DNA of 64,000 nucleotides, from the NCBI RefSeq assembly GCF_009914755.1, contig NC_060930.1, one strand, 5' to 3'. The translations under genes were made by a program, and so were the position numbers. The stretch's first letter is position 1, and the number at the start of each line of letters is the position of its first letter. The stretch comes from the human T2T-CHM13v2.0 reference genome, Homo sapiens. This document shows, piece by piece, positions 32,334 to 50,877 of the stretch. The notes beneath the pieces are model-generated. The model was not told the origin of the DNA. It searched no databases and was given only the letters and a program-made list of their open reading frames with translations.

Positions 32334-35118
32334 CTTCAACATACATTGCTTTTCGAAACTTTATTTTTCTGCAAATGTGTGCACTTTAAGATAAGTCAGA
32401 TTCCTCATGGACTTTTCAATATGTTTTGTGCAGTTTGTTGGTTTTTTTTTTTTTTTCCATTTTGGTAAACACATACAACCCCCAAATAACACCTGGGTGA
32501 AATGTACTTATTATTATTCAATTCTTATTGTGTCTGTATAAAGCTTCAGACCTAAACAGGGTCAAATGTCTGAATCAAAAATGGAGAACTCTGTTAATCA
32601 TTCAGTTTTGTTTTGTTTAATTTTATGAGGACATCGTACTTAGAGCCAATGAAACAACGTGAGTCAGAGTTTGGTGCCATGTAAATTATACTTCAATTAA
32701 AAATGCCTGCTAGGTTTAATTTTGCACAAAAATTAATTATCCAGTATTATTTGAAGGGTGTTAGATGAAATGTATAACAATGTTTGCTTTCCCAGATTCA
32801 GTAGAATTTAAGAAACTCAAGGAAAAATAGGAATATGTGAAAAAAGAAAAGGTCTGCTACCTTTATTATCATGTATGGAGCTTGATACACTTTTGTTGAA
32901 TGAATAAATATTATAATAAATTAATACTTGAACCATTCAGCCCAGGAGACAACACTGACCTAGCAAATGGCAGGGAAGGAGTGAGCTGGAGAGATGGCCA
33001 TGCCCTCCCTGAAGCAGGTTGGGCAGGCTCATTGTAGGGCTCACTAGAGGACAATTAGATAGAAGCAGGACACAGAAGGTGTCATGAAGGTGACAAGGAG
33101 CAGATGCAGCACTGCAAACCCACACCAGAGTCTGGTAGAGTGAGCTAAAGGTAAGAAAGAAAAAAGATTACATAAAGATGCAAAGCATAAAGGGGTAGGC
33201 CTAGGAACAAGACTGTAAATGTGACAGGGAACCAAGAGCCAAGAACTATGGTGGAACTGAATTCTCAGGGAAACAGGGCAAGCATGCAAGGACAGGAAGA
33301 TGACCTGATTACATGTTTTAGCTTTAGTCCCTCGGTCTTATCAGTAATGGTTTGTATTTTGGATTTACAAGCTGCCATAGAATTTCCTAGATGGAAATAA
33401 ATAATAGAAGAAATCAGAGTGAAAGGGTCAAGGTAAAGGAATGGAGGGAAGATAGGAGAAAAGAAATGAAAATAGGAGAAGACAATATGAAGTGAAAAGG
33501 AAACAGACAGAGGAAGGTAAAACCAGAGAAATTGGACAAGGGCGGGAAGGTGGGAAGGAAAGAAATTTTCCAAGAATTAGGAGGAATCTTGACTATTTTC
33601 CCACTGGTCATACAGAACACAACAGTACATTAGTTCATTTGTTCACACGAATTTCCCAGTGTGTCCAGCCAGGCATCTTTGAGGGTTGTAGCTTTGGCAC
33701 AGAAATGGCTCTAGTCTCAGAAGATAGCTCTGAAATAAAATGAGGGATGTTTCATTATAACCACAAATCCGTAAGAGTGAAATTCAAAGATAAAGGAAAA
33801 TGAAAATATTATGTTTTGTTTTAAAAAGTCTGTCCTGAGGTCATTATCTAACAATGATTCATTTTACCCAGCAAGGAAAGTTAGGGGTACCCCTTTCATG
33901 AGTCAAAATCTTTTTCTTGTGGATTTTCTTTGTTTTGAATAGTTTATTTCTTGATCTGTCAAAAAAAAAATAGTGTCAGGTGACATAATGAAAAAGTAGT
34001 TGTGGCCATCACCACAAAGTAAGGTTAAACACAGGGGCATCAGTCTTGTAGGGTACAATTGATAAAGATCACTAAAATTTTTATCTTCTTTATCAATAAG
34101 TTGTTAGCTGGTAGACAATAGCAATAAAATGCTTTTCACACCACTACTAGATCTTTATTTAACTCCAGACTTCAACTTTCCACTGAGTTTTCGATATGTC
34201 ACCTAGAAGATAACACTGGAGGAAAAAACTACTACTTTTATCTAACAGAGAGGAAGATAGACTCTTAACAGTGGCCTGGAATAATATAATGGCTTGGTAA
34301 GGACTTAAGAGAAAATAGTAAGTGAAAGATCCCAAAAGAACTCTCAGGAATAGTTGGGGACACAGGTCTTCCATAAAACAGCTCTTGGTGCCACTGTTTA
34401 AAATACTGGAATACCATCCTGAAAAGATAATTGTTATGGACCATTAGTACTTATGTTAATAATAATGTTAATAAAAATAATAGTTTATATTTACTGAATA
34501 TTTGCTAGGCATGGGGAGCTGTTTGAAGCACTTTGCAAATTAATGCATATAGCCAATCCTGAGAACAACTCTAAGTGGCAGATTCTTGTTATTACTCCCC
34601 TCCCATTTTGGTGAATCTATGAGCCTAGATTCATTTTCAGTGAATTAATCAAATACAAGTTACCAAATCACAACCATTGTTAGCAATAATTATTATTGGT
34701 AATTCAGCAAGACGGTAAAAACTGAGATTATTAAGTTATGAAACTTTCCATTAACTGTTTTTTTAAAAAGCTCCTAAGAATTAGGATATAAACAGTAAAT
34801 TGTTTCAAAATTTTAGAAGACTATATAGGAATATTTTGAATAAAACATTTTAGCAAGTATTCTTACAAAATCTCAGTGGTTTACACATGCACATCTGACC
34901 TAGGAGATCTCAATCCAAAGTTCAATATTTCCTACACGTGTGGTAACACTGGATCCTAGAGCTTGTTTGCTGAAAGTTGTGCTCTTGTTGAAAGAGTTCA
35001 GGTCAGGCACCCAGTCTCTAACGCTGTGGAAACACTGGGTTAGAAACAGGAGCCCTGAGCAAAACTCTTCTCTTCCAGCTCTGCTGTGTCACCTTCCTCT
35101 TGAAAATGGGGCATGACG

Positions 35119-35469
<351 letters not shown>

Positions 35470-35689
35470 TCAAATGAGTTACAGATGCAAAAGAACTTCT
35501 TAAACCTTTACCATTTTCAATAATTCTAAGCATGAGCATAACATGATGGAGAATTAGGAAATACATTTGCTCAAAGGTGATAAAGATTTTGATTACTCTT
35601 TTTTTTAGCATTTAGTTGTGTGTTCATCTTTGATAAATGAGATAACTACTTATCTTGTAACTATGATAATCAATGGGTCCTGAGTTAGC

Positions 35690-35950
35690 TACAAGATGCT
35701 GTATATGATGTGATAGTTAAGTGAACATTTAAGCCAGACTTGCCTGTGTCCAAATCCAAACTCTCTACACTTACTACCTATGCAACTTTAACCAATGTTC
35801 TTAACTTCCCAGTGTTCTCATTTATAGAATGGGAATAATAATAATATCTATCTTATAGGGTTGTAAGAATTAAATGAATTCCTCAATGTAAAGCATTTAG
35901 AATTAATATGTAGCACATGAAATTCATTATATAAATGATTGCTATTATGA
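35690..35950 (+). mobile_element. MIR
   Basis: gccagacttgcctgtgtccaaatcc..aatgggaataataataatatctatcttatagggttgt. Confidence 0.8.
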
Positions 35951-38139
35951 ATTGTAACATAAATTCATGTAAAGGCAAGTTACATTATTATTTTCCTGAA
36001 TTACCCCATACTCGTAATCATGACTTTCAAAGGCATCATTATATAATTGTTTTCAAGTCCTTTAAACAAACATTATTACACACATACTACTCACCGAGCG
36101 CTATGTTTAGGCACTACAATAACAACAATAACAACATATATAATCCAGCTGGGATCAGGGGAGGAGAAGGTACCAAATCATTGAATGCCAAAATAAGTTC
36201 TTTGGACACCAAAATAAAAAATCAGTATTTGTTTTGTGGTGCAGAAAAGAGTCACTATGGATTCTTGATCTTGAGAGTTACATAATGAAAATGGTGTCTG
36301 ATGAAGATTAATCTGGTAGTGGGGTGCTCAAAGACCTAAAGATTTTTCTCCTGTATTCCCATACTTAGTTGGTGGCAACATCAAGCACCCTGTCACCCAC
36401 CCAGAAACCTGGGAGCTCAGTCAGTCTCCAAATCCTGTGAGTGCGAGAACCCAAAGATCTTTGCAGGTCAATTCTACTCTGAATGAACTGCCCTCTCTTC
36501 TGTAAACCAGGAGCATGGCTTCCATCTCCTCACTACCTTCATGACCACCACACACGCCGTCTCTCGTCTGGCTTGGTGCAGTTGCTTCCTAGTCTTCTTG
36601 CTGCCTTTGGACTTCTCAAATCAAACTAATTATTACATATCATATACCTAAAATTTATATCTGACCATTCATTCACTCATTTACTCATTCATTTACTCAT
36701 TCACAGATATTTATTTAGTGCTCACTGTCTACAAGGCAGAGTACAAACAATTGTTGAGCAAACACAGATATGGTCTATAAACATTATGAAGACCTCGCAG
36801 TGACAGACAATAATCAAATTATCCTCACAAACTAATGTTGAGTTTAAGACAACGTTGAATATCATTTTCTAAGCTTCTGGTTTCCCATATTTGAACAGGA
36901 GTAACACAGCCTACCTCAAGAGTTTATTATGAGGATAAATAAGATTACTGATATGAAGGACCACAGAGTGGATGCTTGATTAACATTTACTTTGCTCTCG
37001 AAATCAAATAGCAGCAGCTGGTCCAGAGGATAGCGTTACAGAGAAAGATCAAGAAGTCAGGGGTGGAGGATAAGTGGAGATAGAGCCATAAGAGTGAAAT
37101 GAACTCTCCAAAAGAGAAAAAGTTAGGCAGAGAAAACTAAGATTCAAACCCTAACTCTAGTGAGGTGGAAGGAGGAAGAGGAGTCATCAGGAAGAGACAA
37201 ATAATTTGTAAAAAGACGGCGCATAAAAACCAGGGTCTACTGTTATTTTGGAGCTATAAATGAAGGATGTAGTTCTCCACTCTGCAGTGGTTTGCTTCCA
37301 CACTAGTCCTGTGCTCAATATTCATGACTTGTTGGGAAAGATTCACTAATTATCTTCTATTTGTTTGAGTTTTAGATGTACCCGTTCATATAGACAATAA
37401 TAACCACTGAGTTACCATATGAAGGAAAAATATGTAAACATCATAAATTATGTCAGGACCCTTAGCTGGTCTACCAAGTGTTCCATGCAGTTAACTTTGA
37501 CTCAACTCAGGCAGAGAAAGAGGCCAGTCTAAACTACTGAAAGCTATGAATTATATGATATTCTTTAAAAAAATAAAATTTTATTGTCTTATATCTATCC
37601 GATGATGTCCTCTTAGGCCAAAAAGAGTGCCAGCAAGTAGATACTCTCATAGACTTGCTTTCATAAATAACAAGAATTACTTTATTCATATATAAAATGA
37701 GAATACATACAGAGAATACAGATGATATCATATTCCAAACTTAAAAAATGTGTTCTCTGAAATAAATTAAGTATATCCTGGCAACTTTTTACACCATTTT
37801 TTGCTTACTAAATCCACTTGACACAGATAAGCCAAAGACAATCTTTATCTTAACCCCATCCCAACTACCAAAAGTTCTAAATCGGCAACCCAGAGTAATG
37901 AGTGAGGTTTTACCATACACAGTGCTCAGGCTAACCCATCAGTATTCTCCTTTGCAGTTCCATAGTTATATTTAAACTGTTTCTCTCTAGACCAAATTTT
38001 CTATAGCTAAGTGAAGATCTTGAACCCAAGAAATTTGTTTAATTTCATCAATGGTTTCTCTTATAAGAAATAGGGTATCTGTTCTAAGAAGGAAGGCTAG
38101 TACTTCCATTCTTTACCCTTCCCCCCAACCTCTTTCAGG

Positions 38140-38350
38140 GCACAGTTGGAGCACTATGTTTAGTTCTGAGTATGAAATTTTAGGACAAATGCTAATAATA
38201 AAACATAGTTTGAAGAGAATAAGACTTGGAGCTATTTCCTATGAGGGGCAGTTGGAAAAATTGGGGAAACGGTTTGGAGAACAGATGACATGGAGGAACA
38301 AAGAGATAACAATAACCTGTCTCCATCTATCTGAAGGACTAGGATGCAAA
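38140..38350 (+). mobile_element. CR1/L3 fragment
   Basis: ttggagcactatgtttagttctg..cctatgaggggcagttggaaaaattgggga (CR1 RT 3' motifs). Confidence 0.55.
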
Positions 38351-38723
38351 AGAAGCATTGGCCTCATTATTCCCTTTAGCTTTGGAGCACAGATCTTCAA
38401 ACTTAAGCTTATGAAAGCAGGGATCTGGGCTCCACAACCACCAACTGTCATGCAAAGGGCCTCACATGGAGGGTGGAAAGACTTCATTTCCAGGAGAACC
38501 ACAGGGGGTGCTTTCGGAAGCACTGTTTCATAAGGTGAACCAGTACAGTGGGCCAGGGTCACAGGATGTAGATTTCAGCTCAATATTCAAAGACCTTTCT
38601 CACCACTGGAGCTGCTCTGAAGTGAGGAGACTTGTTTCACATGGTTGTGCATTCCCTTCAATGGCCGGGTCCAACCAGACGCTGGTTGACCACAGTCAAG
38701 ACATCATAGAAGTGAGTGTTCAG

Positions 38724-40286
<1,563 letters not shown>

Positions 40287-41429
40287 AGAACTGAGTGCTT
40301 AACAGACAGACGATTGTGCTGCATGGAAGCCAAGGAATTCAATCCATTATGAGAGTGTTTATTTCTGGATTTATTAAGTTAAGGTGTCAGTTCTGACCAT
40401 TATCCTTTATACAGAAGTTGCTTGGAAGTGGATCAAATAAGAAAGCAGAGAAAAAGAAAAAAAAAGTCCTGAAAGAACCCTAAATTAAATTAGAGGGTGA
40501 TTATAATGGAAATATTAGATCTTTTATTTTATAATCACACATTATCTTTATCACAAAATATGAATTCTCGAGCCTTGTGAGTAACTTAGCATGTGTTGAC
40601 CAAAGAGGGTTAGAAACCATTCCAGGAACAATTACCTGGAACAAAGAACTGAGCTTGTAGTAGCCCAGGGTGGCAGGGTGGGGGTTACTATACACATGTT
40701 CTATGAGGAGGGAGGCATAGAGAGATGAAGTGGAAAGAAATAAAGTAAAAAGCATCTTTTATATTTGTAAGTGGCTGATTTTTCTTTCCAAATTTCACTG
40801 CCAGCACTAAATTTACTATAAGCCAAGACTTCAAAGTCAACCTTAATTGTTTTAAAGAGAATGAAAAAGAAACAGGAAGAGAAATGACATCTTTTCACAT
40901 CCTGAACAAGCCAGTTTTGACATTGATAGGGAAAGGGGGTTGATTCATAATAGGTCAGATGTGATGGGAAGCCAATAGTGAGACATTAGTTCCATTTGTG
41001 GTTTGGCTGTGAACTGCCAGGCTGCAGAGTGTGAGAGTGAGCCGCAGGCCCCGATTCTCGCCTTTTCCTCTTGTAATATAAAATGTCCTCATCTGTGGGA
41101 CAAAAGTAGATGCATTTTAAAAACAGGGTTAAGAGTTTAAGGGAAGAAGGATATACATGCATCTCTTTATGTCTGAGAACAAGGAAAGTTACACCCATCA
41201 TTGGAAGGCCTTTCTGAGAAGGTGACATTTGAGTTGAGCTCCAAATGACCAAAAAAAAAAAAAAAAAAGATATTTGAAGATCTCAAGGACAGTGTAGGAG
41301 ACAGAGAGACCAGGCAGAGCCAAAAACAAATATGTCCCTCAAACACATACAAAAAAACTTTGCTGAGGGAGCAGCAACTAGTTTCTAGGTTTGAGAATAT
41401 CTAGAAGAATCCAGGCTCCAACAATACAG

Positions 41430-41940
41430 CTCAGATTGTTCCTGTGGCTGTGAAGCCACAGCTGCCGTAGCCGCTGTAGCTAAAGAGGAAGGAGCCACCA
41501 TGTAGGGCTGTGACTGACAGAGACCACTGGACCTGCACACTGGCTTGACTGGCCTTGTGGAGATTCTGGTTTTCCTAGCAGCTGCCCAGAGGGCCAGCTA
41601 ATGCAGCTCTTACAGGTGGTGGAGTTCCAACTCCATAGGTCTACTTTGACCTATGAAAGAAAGGAGACAGGAAGGAGCCGACAGATGAATAGCTTGCTCT
41701 TCCTCCTTTCTGAGGGCCTGTTTCTAGATGTTTTCATACAGCCTTGGAGCAGTTCTGTGAGACCAAGTGATCAGGAAGACGGGCCAGCAGCGCAATGCAC
41801 CCTCTGTATTTGCTCTCCCTCCTCTCCTGTCTTACATTCCTTTTCCCCTCTCTTGCCTCCTGGGATTGCACTCCCTAATAAAAAATTAACACAGAAGCTT
41901 TTGCCTTAGGCAGTTTTCCAAGGAACCTATTCAAAGACAC
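41430..41940 (+). mobile_element. LTR16-like ERVL LTR
   Basis: ggagacaggaaggagccgacagatgaat..; cctgggattgcactccctaataaa..ttttgccttagg..aagaca. Confidence 0.7.
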
Positions 41941-41990
41941 ATGCATTAATTCATTTCATCCTCACAGAAAGCTCATGAGGCAGGTACTCC

Positions 41991-42294
41991 TTTTTTGTTT
42001 TTTTTGTTTTGTTTTTTTTTTTGAGACAGAGTCTCAAGCCCACACGGTCGCCCAGGCTGGAGTGTAATGGCGCAATCTCACCTCACTGCAACCTCCACCT
42101 CCAGGTTCACACGATTCTCCTGCCTCAGCCTCTCGAGTAGCTGGGATTACAGGCAAAAACACCACCATACCCAGCTAATTTTTTGTATTTTTATTAGAGA
42201 CAGGGTTTCACTATGTTGGCCAGATTGGTCTCAAACTCCTGACCTCATGATCCACCCGCCTCAGCCTCCCAAAGTGCTGGGATTACAGGCATGT
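41991..42294 (-). mobile_element. Alu inserted in a MIR
   Basis: Slightly 5'-truncated dimer; TSD aggtactc. Confidence 0.93.
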
Positions 42295-42804
42295 AATCTG
42301 AGACAGGTACTCTTAATATCCCCATGATATAGGGAAAGAAACTTAGCACAACAGTTGTGCAACTTACCCAGAGTCCTGCAAGTGCTAAGTGGGCCAGCTG
42401 AACTGCAAACCCAGGTGATCTAGCTCCATAGCCTCTATATTGTACATCATGTAGACTCAGGCCACTCTCACAGTATAGGGGCTACATTCAAGATGGTCCT
42501 GCAGATGCTTTGACTTCGTAAATGAGCCTAGTATTCTCAGGGAGTGCTGCCCGCCTGTCCCTACCTTTTGGGAGAAAGGTCATGAAGTAAATTGTTATGA
42601 CTCCTTGGCCCACATCGCTGGACTCGTTGCATTGGAAGGGACCTGGCCTGCATAAGTGTCGAATCTCTATCAGTGGTACCATTAACCTCTTAACAAACAT
42701 CTATTCTGTGTGGAGTACTGTTTCAGGTTCTAAGCATTTCAACTAATCAGAGATGGCCATGATACTTACCCTCGAGAGTTAGGGAAACAGCAAATACAGA
42801 AAAA

Positions 42805-43068
42805 CAGGCTAGGGCTAGGCACAAAATTGTCTTGTGCACCAAATTTAAGGTTGTGGGGGGTGTGTCATAAAAAACAAAGTCATCCAGGGAAATAATATTC
42901 TAATGAATAATTTTAGAAATCTGAATTAACACACAAAAAATCATGATGAACAAAATATTAAAATTTTAAATGCAGGTAAGATCAGTATCAGTGCCTTCCC
43001 AAACCATATTGGAGCCTGAGGCAAAAAGAATAATCAGAGGTACCCACTCCTCTCCCTAGTCCCGCCCT
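42805..43068. mobile_element. MER96B-like hAT-Tip100 transposon
   Basis: catgatgaacaaaatattaaaattttaaat..ccatattggagcctgaggcaaaa..ctagtcccgccctg. Confidence 0.7.
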
Positions 43069-43586
43069 GTAGGAAGGAATCAATAATTCAAGATGCATAT
43101 GTCCATTTCTTTGGCCCTCAGGGCCACACTCAATCCCAGAATAGAATCAAGACTCTCTTTTAATAACTTCAGTATTAAACTTCATTCGGATGCTTTATAT
43201 AGCACTAAAATGGACAATTACCATCCATTCCCAGCATGATACTCTCCCACAGCCATCGTGTGGGCATAAAATAATATTCAGAATTGAAATAATCTAATTA
43301 ACCTTATCTTTAAAAATGGGATAAACCACTATTTTCTTATCGATTTTTAAAAATCTTTGAGTTAAATAAGAAGTAGGATTACAGGTGACTGAAAATGTCA
43401 AGATTCAGTAATATTCTGTAAATGAGGAAACTGAAAATAGAATATAAGCACTAGCTTATATCTTTATTTTTATCCTATTATGATAAGTGATAACAATATA
43501 ACTATATGCAATAATTTAAATTTTGAAATTCCCAAACTAAATGTAAAAAAAAAAACTATGAATTTCTAATGAAAAATGAAAAAGCT

Positions 43587-44213
<627 letters not shown>

Positions 44214-45729
44214 ATATAGCAAAATACTATAAACTAGGGGGAAACATAACATAAAGAAGATTAAAATTACAAAGCTATATGTCTTTATGTATGCATATTT
44301 TGAGATAATCAGATGAGAAAATGTTCTTCTGTGCTTGTTATATTATCTTCTGGGTTGAGAAAAAAAAGATTCTTTGGATGATAAAGTTCTCCCTGAATTG
44401 TTGTACTATATTCAAATACATCAAAAACTTAGCTCAGGCCTGGATTCAGTCAAAGGTGGGCAGCCTAGGAAAAGGCTTATATGCAAGTTGTTCCACTATT
44501 GAGCTGGAAGCAGCAGGGGAAGCAAGGAGAAAGGTAGGGAAATTCCCACCTCTGGAGGACAAGAGGGAATATCCAGAGAAATCAGTGATAACTTGGCATA
44601 AATCTAACTTCCTCTTCCTAAACATGCCGAAACACTTCTTAAAATCAAAATAAAATAGAGCAACAACAACAAAAAACCCTTCTCTTCTTTCCTTTACAGC
44701 TGAACAACAGTGATAATTGTGAGACTGCTAAACCGTACTTTCCCAGCAGGTCAGGCTGTAACTTGATTTAACCGCTTTTGCACTGGGACAAACTGAGGGG
44801 AGGCAAGTACCCTTCCCCATGCCATCCAGTCTCTTCTGTGATTTGCCAGTTTTTATAAATATGCCACATTGTTGGTGCTTTCTTCTTACACCTGTAGCCT
44901 ACGGTCATTCTGGAAGTTCTTTGGTTTTTCCTAACCCCTTTATTTATATGCCACAGAGTTGATAGGAGTCTTGAGTGTACCAAAAAGATAAACTCTCTTC
45001 TCGGTTTGGGGGGAAAAGTGCTTCTTAATGAACATTCAAAATGAGTTGAGCAGTGAGATTTCTATTATTAGGCTCCTGTGTGCATATTATAAAGGTTTGC
45101 TAATCAAAAGTCTAGAGCACAAAAATTAAAATAACTGAGCTTTGAGGTCTTTAGCTATTATGCCTTTGATTAGAAGTTTAGTCAGTGTAACTATTTCCTT
45201 AACAGCCAGTGCACACACATACGCATATATAAAAACATGCACATTTTTCAGAGTTCAAGAAAACCTCCAAACTTCTATTCAGAGCAACATTCTGATATTC
45301 AATGTGTCATTCTTAGTCCAGAAGAACAGTTTGAAAATTTTACGAACATTAATTTACCTGTGAGCTTACAGATTTTTCTCCTGATCTAGTCATACACATA
45401 TGGTCCTAGAGAAAAACTAGGAGTCAAAATTTTAGCACTTTTGTTCCTGCACTTTTAGTGTCCTGAAACAGAATATTGAAAAAAAAAAACCACCATAATA
45501 AATCTTCATATTCTAATGAGTATATGTTTAAAAGCCTAGTCCAGATACATAGTAAAGCCTCCAGTTCTTCATGCCTCTAGTTCAGCCACAGAAATTCTTT
45601 CGGAATTCATCTTTGAGCCAAACTTACATTTACAGGGTGAGGGCAGGAATGTATGTTCAATTCATGTGTTTTAAGTTTCATAAAAGTTCTGCTCCATGAA
45701 AAGTCTCAAATATAACTTAACAAACCCAG

Positions 45730-47055
<1,326 letters not shown>

Positions 47056-47634
47056 TCAGATGTCATATATCTGGCAGAAATTGAACAATTCAGTTTTGAA
47101 TGCTGTCATTAGCCTTTCTCCCCCCAGAGGAAATAGTTTTTCATGCTAACAACAACAGCAACAGATTGACAATCTCACTTTATAATCTGTAACATTTATA
47201 TCTCCAGATGTGGAGTTGGATTTGGGGCAGACAGACAGGATATAAAGGAAAAGGAAAAAAAATTTAGAATAATCTTCTTCCTCCACCTCAAAAAAATGAT
47301 AATTATATGAATCATTGGAACATAGACTTTCCAGCTACAAATAGGGACATTGTTTGGCCTAATAACTGCTATAATCTCTGAAACGTTAAGTATGTGTGGT
47401 CAATGGATAGTTCTTTTTTATTTTCATTCTCATATGTTTGAGGGAAAAGAGGAGCTACTACAAACTAAAGAACCGATCACTCCCTAATAAAGTTAATTAA
47501 GTCCAGGAGCACATATGATTCATTGAAAACATTGAATAAAAAACTAACCTTTAAATCATGTTTTTATTTATTAACTTTGGTGTTTTTTGTTTGTTTGTTT
47601 GTTTGTTTACATCACAGTTCTCTCTCTCTCTCTC

Positions 47635-47934
47635 TTTTTTTTTTTTTTGAGATGCAGTCTTGCTCTGTCACCCAGGCTAGAGTGCAGTGGCACAATCTTG
47701 GCTCACTGCAACCTCCACCTGCTAAGTTTAAGTGATCTTCCTGTCTCAGCCTCCTGAGTAGCTGGGATTACAGGTGCCCAACACCATGCCTGGCTAATCT
47801 TTGTAGTTTTAGTAGAGACAGGGTTTTGCCATGTTGGCCAGGCTGGTCTTGAACTCCTGACCTCAAGTGATCTGCCTGTCTGCCTTGGCCTCCCAAAGTG
47901 CTAGGATTACAAGTGTGAGCCACCATGCCCGGCC
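47635..47934 (-). mobile_element. Alu
   Basis: Dimer; TSD cacagtt. Confidence 0.95.
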
Positions 47935-48909
47935 CACAGTTATTTCCCTGTGGGAGAATTGAGAGGGATGGCTGTGCTCAGTCCAGGATTCAGACATGTC
48001 TCTTATTCTAGATTGGTTGCCTACTAGAAATCATTTAACTGAGAGTCTGACATACCTCTTGGAAGAAAATCCTTCCTTAAAAAAAGCAATTGAGACAAGC
48101 ACAATACAGTCGTGATCCAATTTTTTAATAAACAGCACTAGTGATCAGAAGAGAAGCAGCACTGTGCTACTTCTAAGAGCAGCACAGTGATCAATCCTCA
48201 ATTTTCTCCCCTGACCCAGCCCCCAAGTGCTATGTGGGTCATGAAGCCATTACACGATAACTTTGTGACATCAGGACACAGGAAGAAAAGCCACGGAGAA
48301 AGATGTAACCTGTAGAGAGGAAAGTCCCTGCCAGCCTCCACCAGCAATTCCAGCTCCATACACAGCTTGGTTGTAGTACTTTGAAAACTCAGAGAACACA
48401 GGGCTCTTAGGCTCCATGAGGAACCCAGCACACCAGCGGCAGTGGTGGCCATGCCTAGAGCCCAACAACTGTGCCTGGTGGAATGATGATCATGGGCAAC
48501 ACAGGCAGCTGTGGCAGGCACAAAGAGGTGAGGGGAAAAGCTTGAAAAGGAAGCAAATGACAGAACCATATGATAGCTAGTAGGTCTTCCTTGTGAGTAC
48601 AAATGAGACTTCTCCTTAGGCCTCCTAGGAATTATAATTGTGTCTGAATGAGGGTCATGGAATAATGACTGAAAGAAAGAATCAAAGACACATGGATTTG
48701 TGCATACCTTTACTGCATTAAAATCATATAAATTCTATAGTAAATATAATGATGGACTACTTTGCATATTTTGAAATGAATCTGGATAATACATTTATTG
48801 ATTAACTTTCATATTTGTACTTATGAATGTCAACATAATGGACATAAACTTTACTCTCTGGAATGTATGTGATGCGGACTATTTTATCATATGCTGTCAC
48901 TTGAAAATG

Positions 48910-49340
48910 CATTATTTCATCTAATCCAGCAGTCTTGTGGGGCACACACTTCTAATATAGAATATCCTCTTTTAAAGAAGAGGAACTAATTCCAGCAGGA
49001 CCAACAACTTGTTTAACATCACAAGTAAACAACAGAAGGGTTAACACTCAGCCCCTTGGGCTCAGGATCCTACTCTCCTTTCATAGCCCTATATGACCTG
49101 CCAGTTGTCTAACTGCTCCTTGATGATTCTGGGGTCAGCATACAAAAGCTCTGGGCCACCAATTGGGAAACCCCAAATTGAACCCTCCTGGCTCTTGTTC
49201 AGCTTCTCTTTGACCTTGGGAAATTCACTTAACTTTCTATTTTATTTCCCCATCTGCAGAATGGGTTGGGTATTAATAACACCTGCCCCACCCAACCTTA
49301 CATGAATGTAAGAGGAAGAATTAGATAATGTCTGCACTGA
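48910..49340. mobile_element. Two MIR fragments in opposite orientation
   Basis: ttaaagaagaggaact..cacaagtaa; tgaccttgggaaattcacttaact..ttccccatctgcagaatggg. Confidence 0.6.
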
Positions 49341-50478
49341 GGTTTGCTCTCCTTAGAAGAAAGTCTCTATAAAACACAGGACAGAAATTCATTTGACTTT
49401 ATGAGGGCTGATGAGATCAAAGCCTGTGGCCATGGGCTGGGGAAGCTTTTCCCTGCACAGAGAACATTTACTGCTCTATGCTCTAATAACATTCCTCCCT
49501 CAAGATTCTAAAATGATTTGCAGATAGTCACTAAGTAAATCTTGCTGCCCTTAAGCAACAAGCAATTTGCACCATAACAGCCTAAAGGTTTATGGAAATG
49601 AAATCTTAGGAAGAGCAAAGGTAGAACTTTAAAAAATAATCCAGGACTTATGATCCTTCAGTCTATTTTCTAATCACCTACTCTTTAGATCCACAAAATA
49701 TCATTTATATTTAACTATTTAGTTTTCTTTTCATAGCAGCTAATAGCACCATTACAAGCAGATCTTGTAGTGGGAGAACCTAGGCATAAATAAAAGGTAA
49801 CAAATACTCTTAAATATCAGTAACTTTTAAAAGCTTTGGGCAACTCTAAAGCTTTATATGCATCCCCAATTTTGATACTTGCCCTAACCAAAAATACTTC
49901 TCCCTTATTTTGTGTGCAAGTCCTTTCCTTCAGAAAGTGGATAAGGTCATCAAACCACAAAAGAACCCACTGTTCAGCTTTAGGGAATCCATCTTCCCAA
50001 AGCGTGAAGATCCACTAATCAGGTCTTGTGATGTTTGCATAATGTTGCTGTTAACCTCATTTTCTGATGTCTCAACTTGACTGCATTTCATTTTAATTTA
50101 CTAACCTATACTGGCAAAGTCTCAGAGTAAAGTGCTATGCTATCTTATTTTTGAATCTACATGTTAATCATGTCTAATTGGCCTTCATTTCCATCTGCAC
50201 AGATCTCTAGTCCTCATTTCTGGAATTAGTAGACCAAATTTCCCAATCCAACCCCAGTCATGACCTCATGACGTTTATTTGACTTTGCCTCAATAGTCTT
50301 ATCAAAACCTTAAGATGTAAGATACCAGTGTGAGCAAAGACCAGGTAATAAAATGACAAGTTTCAGCATTTGTAGTATTTCTTGTTTGAATTAGATTTGT
50401 TCAAAGGCAAGGATTAATAGCACTGAGGACCCTTTATTTTCAGGCATGACCAACATATGCTGTGAGTGTTTTCATTCC

Positions 50479-50877
50479 TTTTTTTTTTTTCTTTTTTCTT
50501 TTCTTTTTTTGAGACAGGGCCTCACTCTGTCACCCAGTGGTGCAATCACGGCTCACTGCAGCTTGGAGTGGCTGTAACCACAGGTGTGCACCACCACACC
50601 TGGCTAAATACAAAAACATTAGCTGGGTATGGTGGTGCATGCCTGTAGTCCCAGCTACTCGGGAGGCTGAGGCAGGAGAATTGCTTGAACCCAGGAAGCA
50701 GAGATCGTGCCACTGCACTCCAGCCTGGCAACAGAGCGAGACTCCATCTCAAAAAAAAAAAAATTTTTTTAGAGACAAGATCTCCCCATGTTGCAGGTCT
50801 CCACCTCACTCAAGCAATCTTCCTGTCTCAACCTCCCAAAGTGCCAGGATTACAGCAGTGAGCCACTGCGCCTAGCC
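50479..50877. mobile_element. Minus-strand Alu with an inverted right-arm Alu (50608-50762) inserted in its linker
   Basis: Orientation switches at about 50607 and 50763; TSD tgttttc. Confidence 0.88.

Noticed and set aside
38051-38533. 160-aa ORF
   Set aside because: It overlaps a CR1/L3 fragment and has no splice or start context supporting a gene.
48198-48602. 134-aa minus-strand ORF
   Set aside because: No recognisable domain, a non-ATG start and no exon structure.
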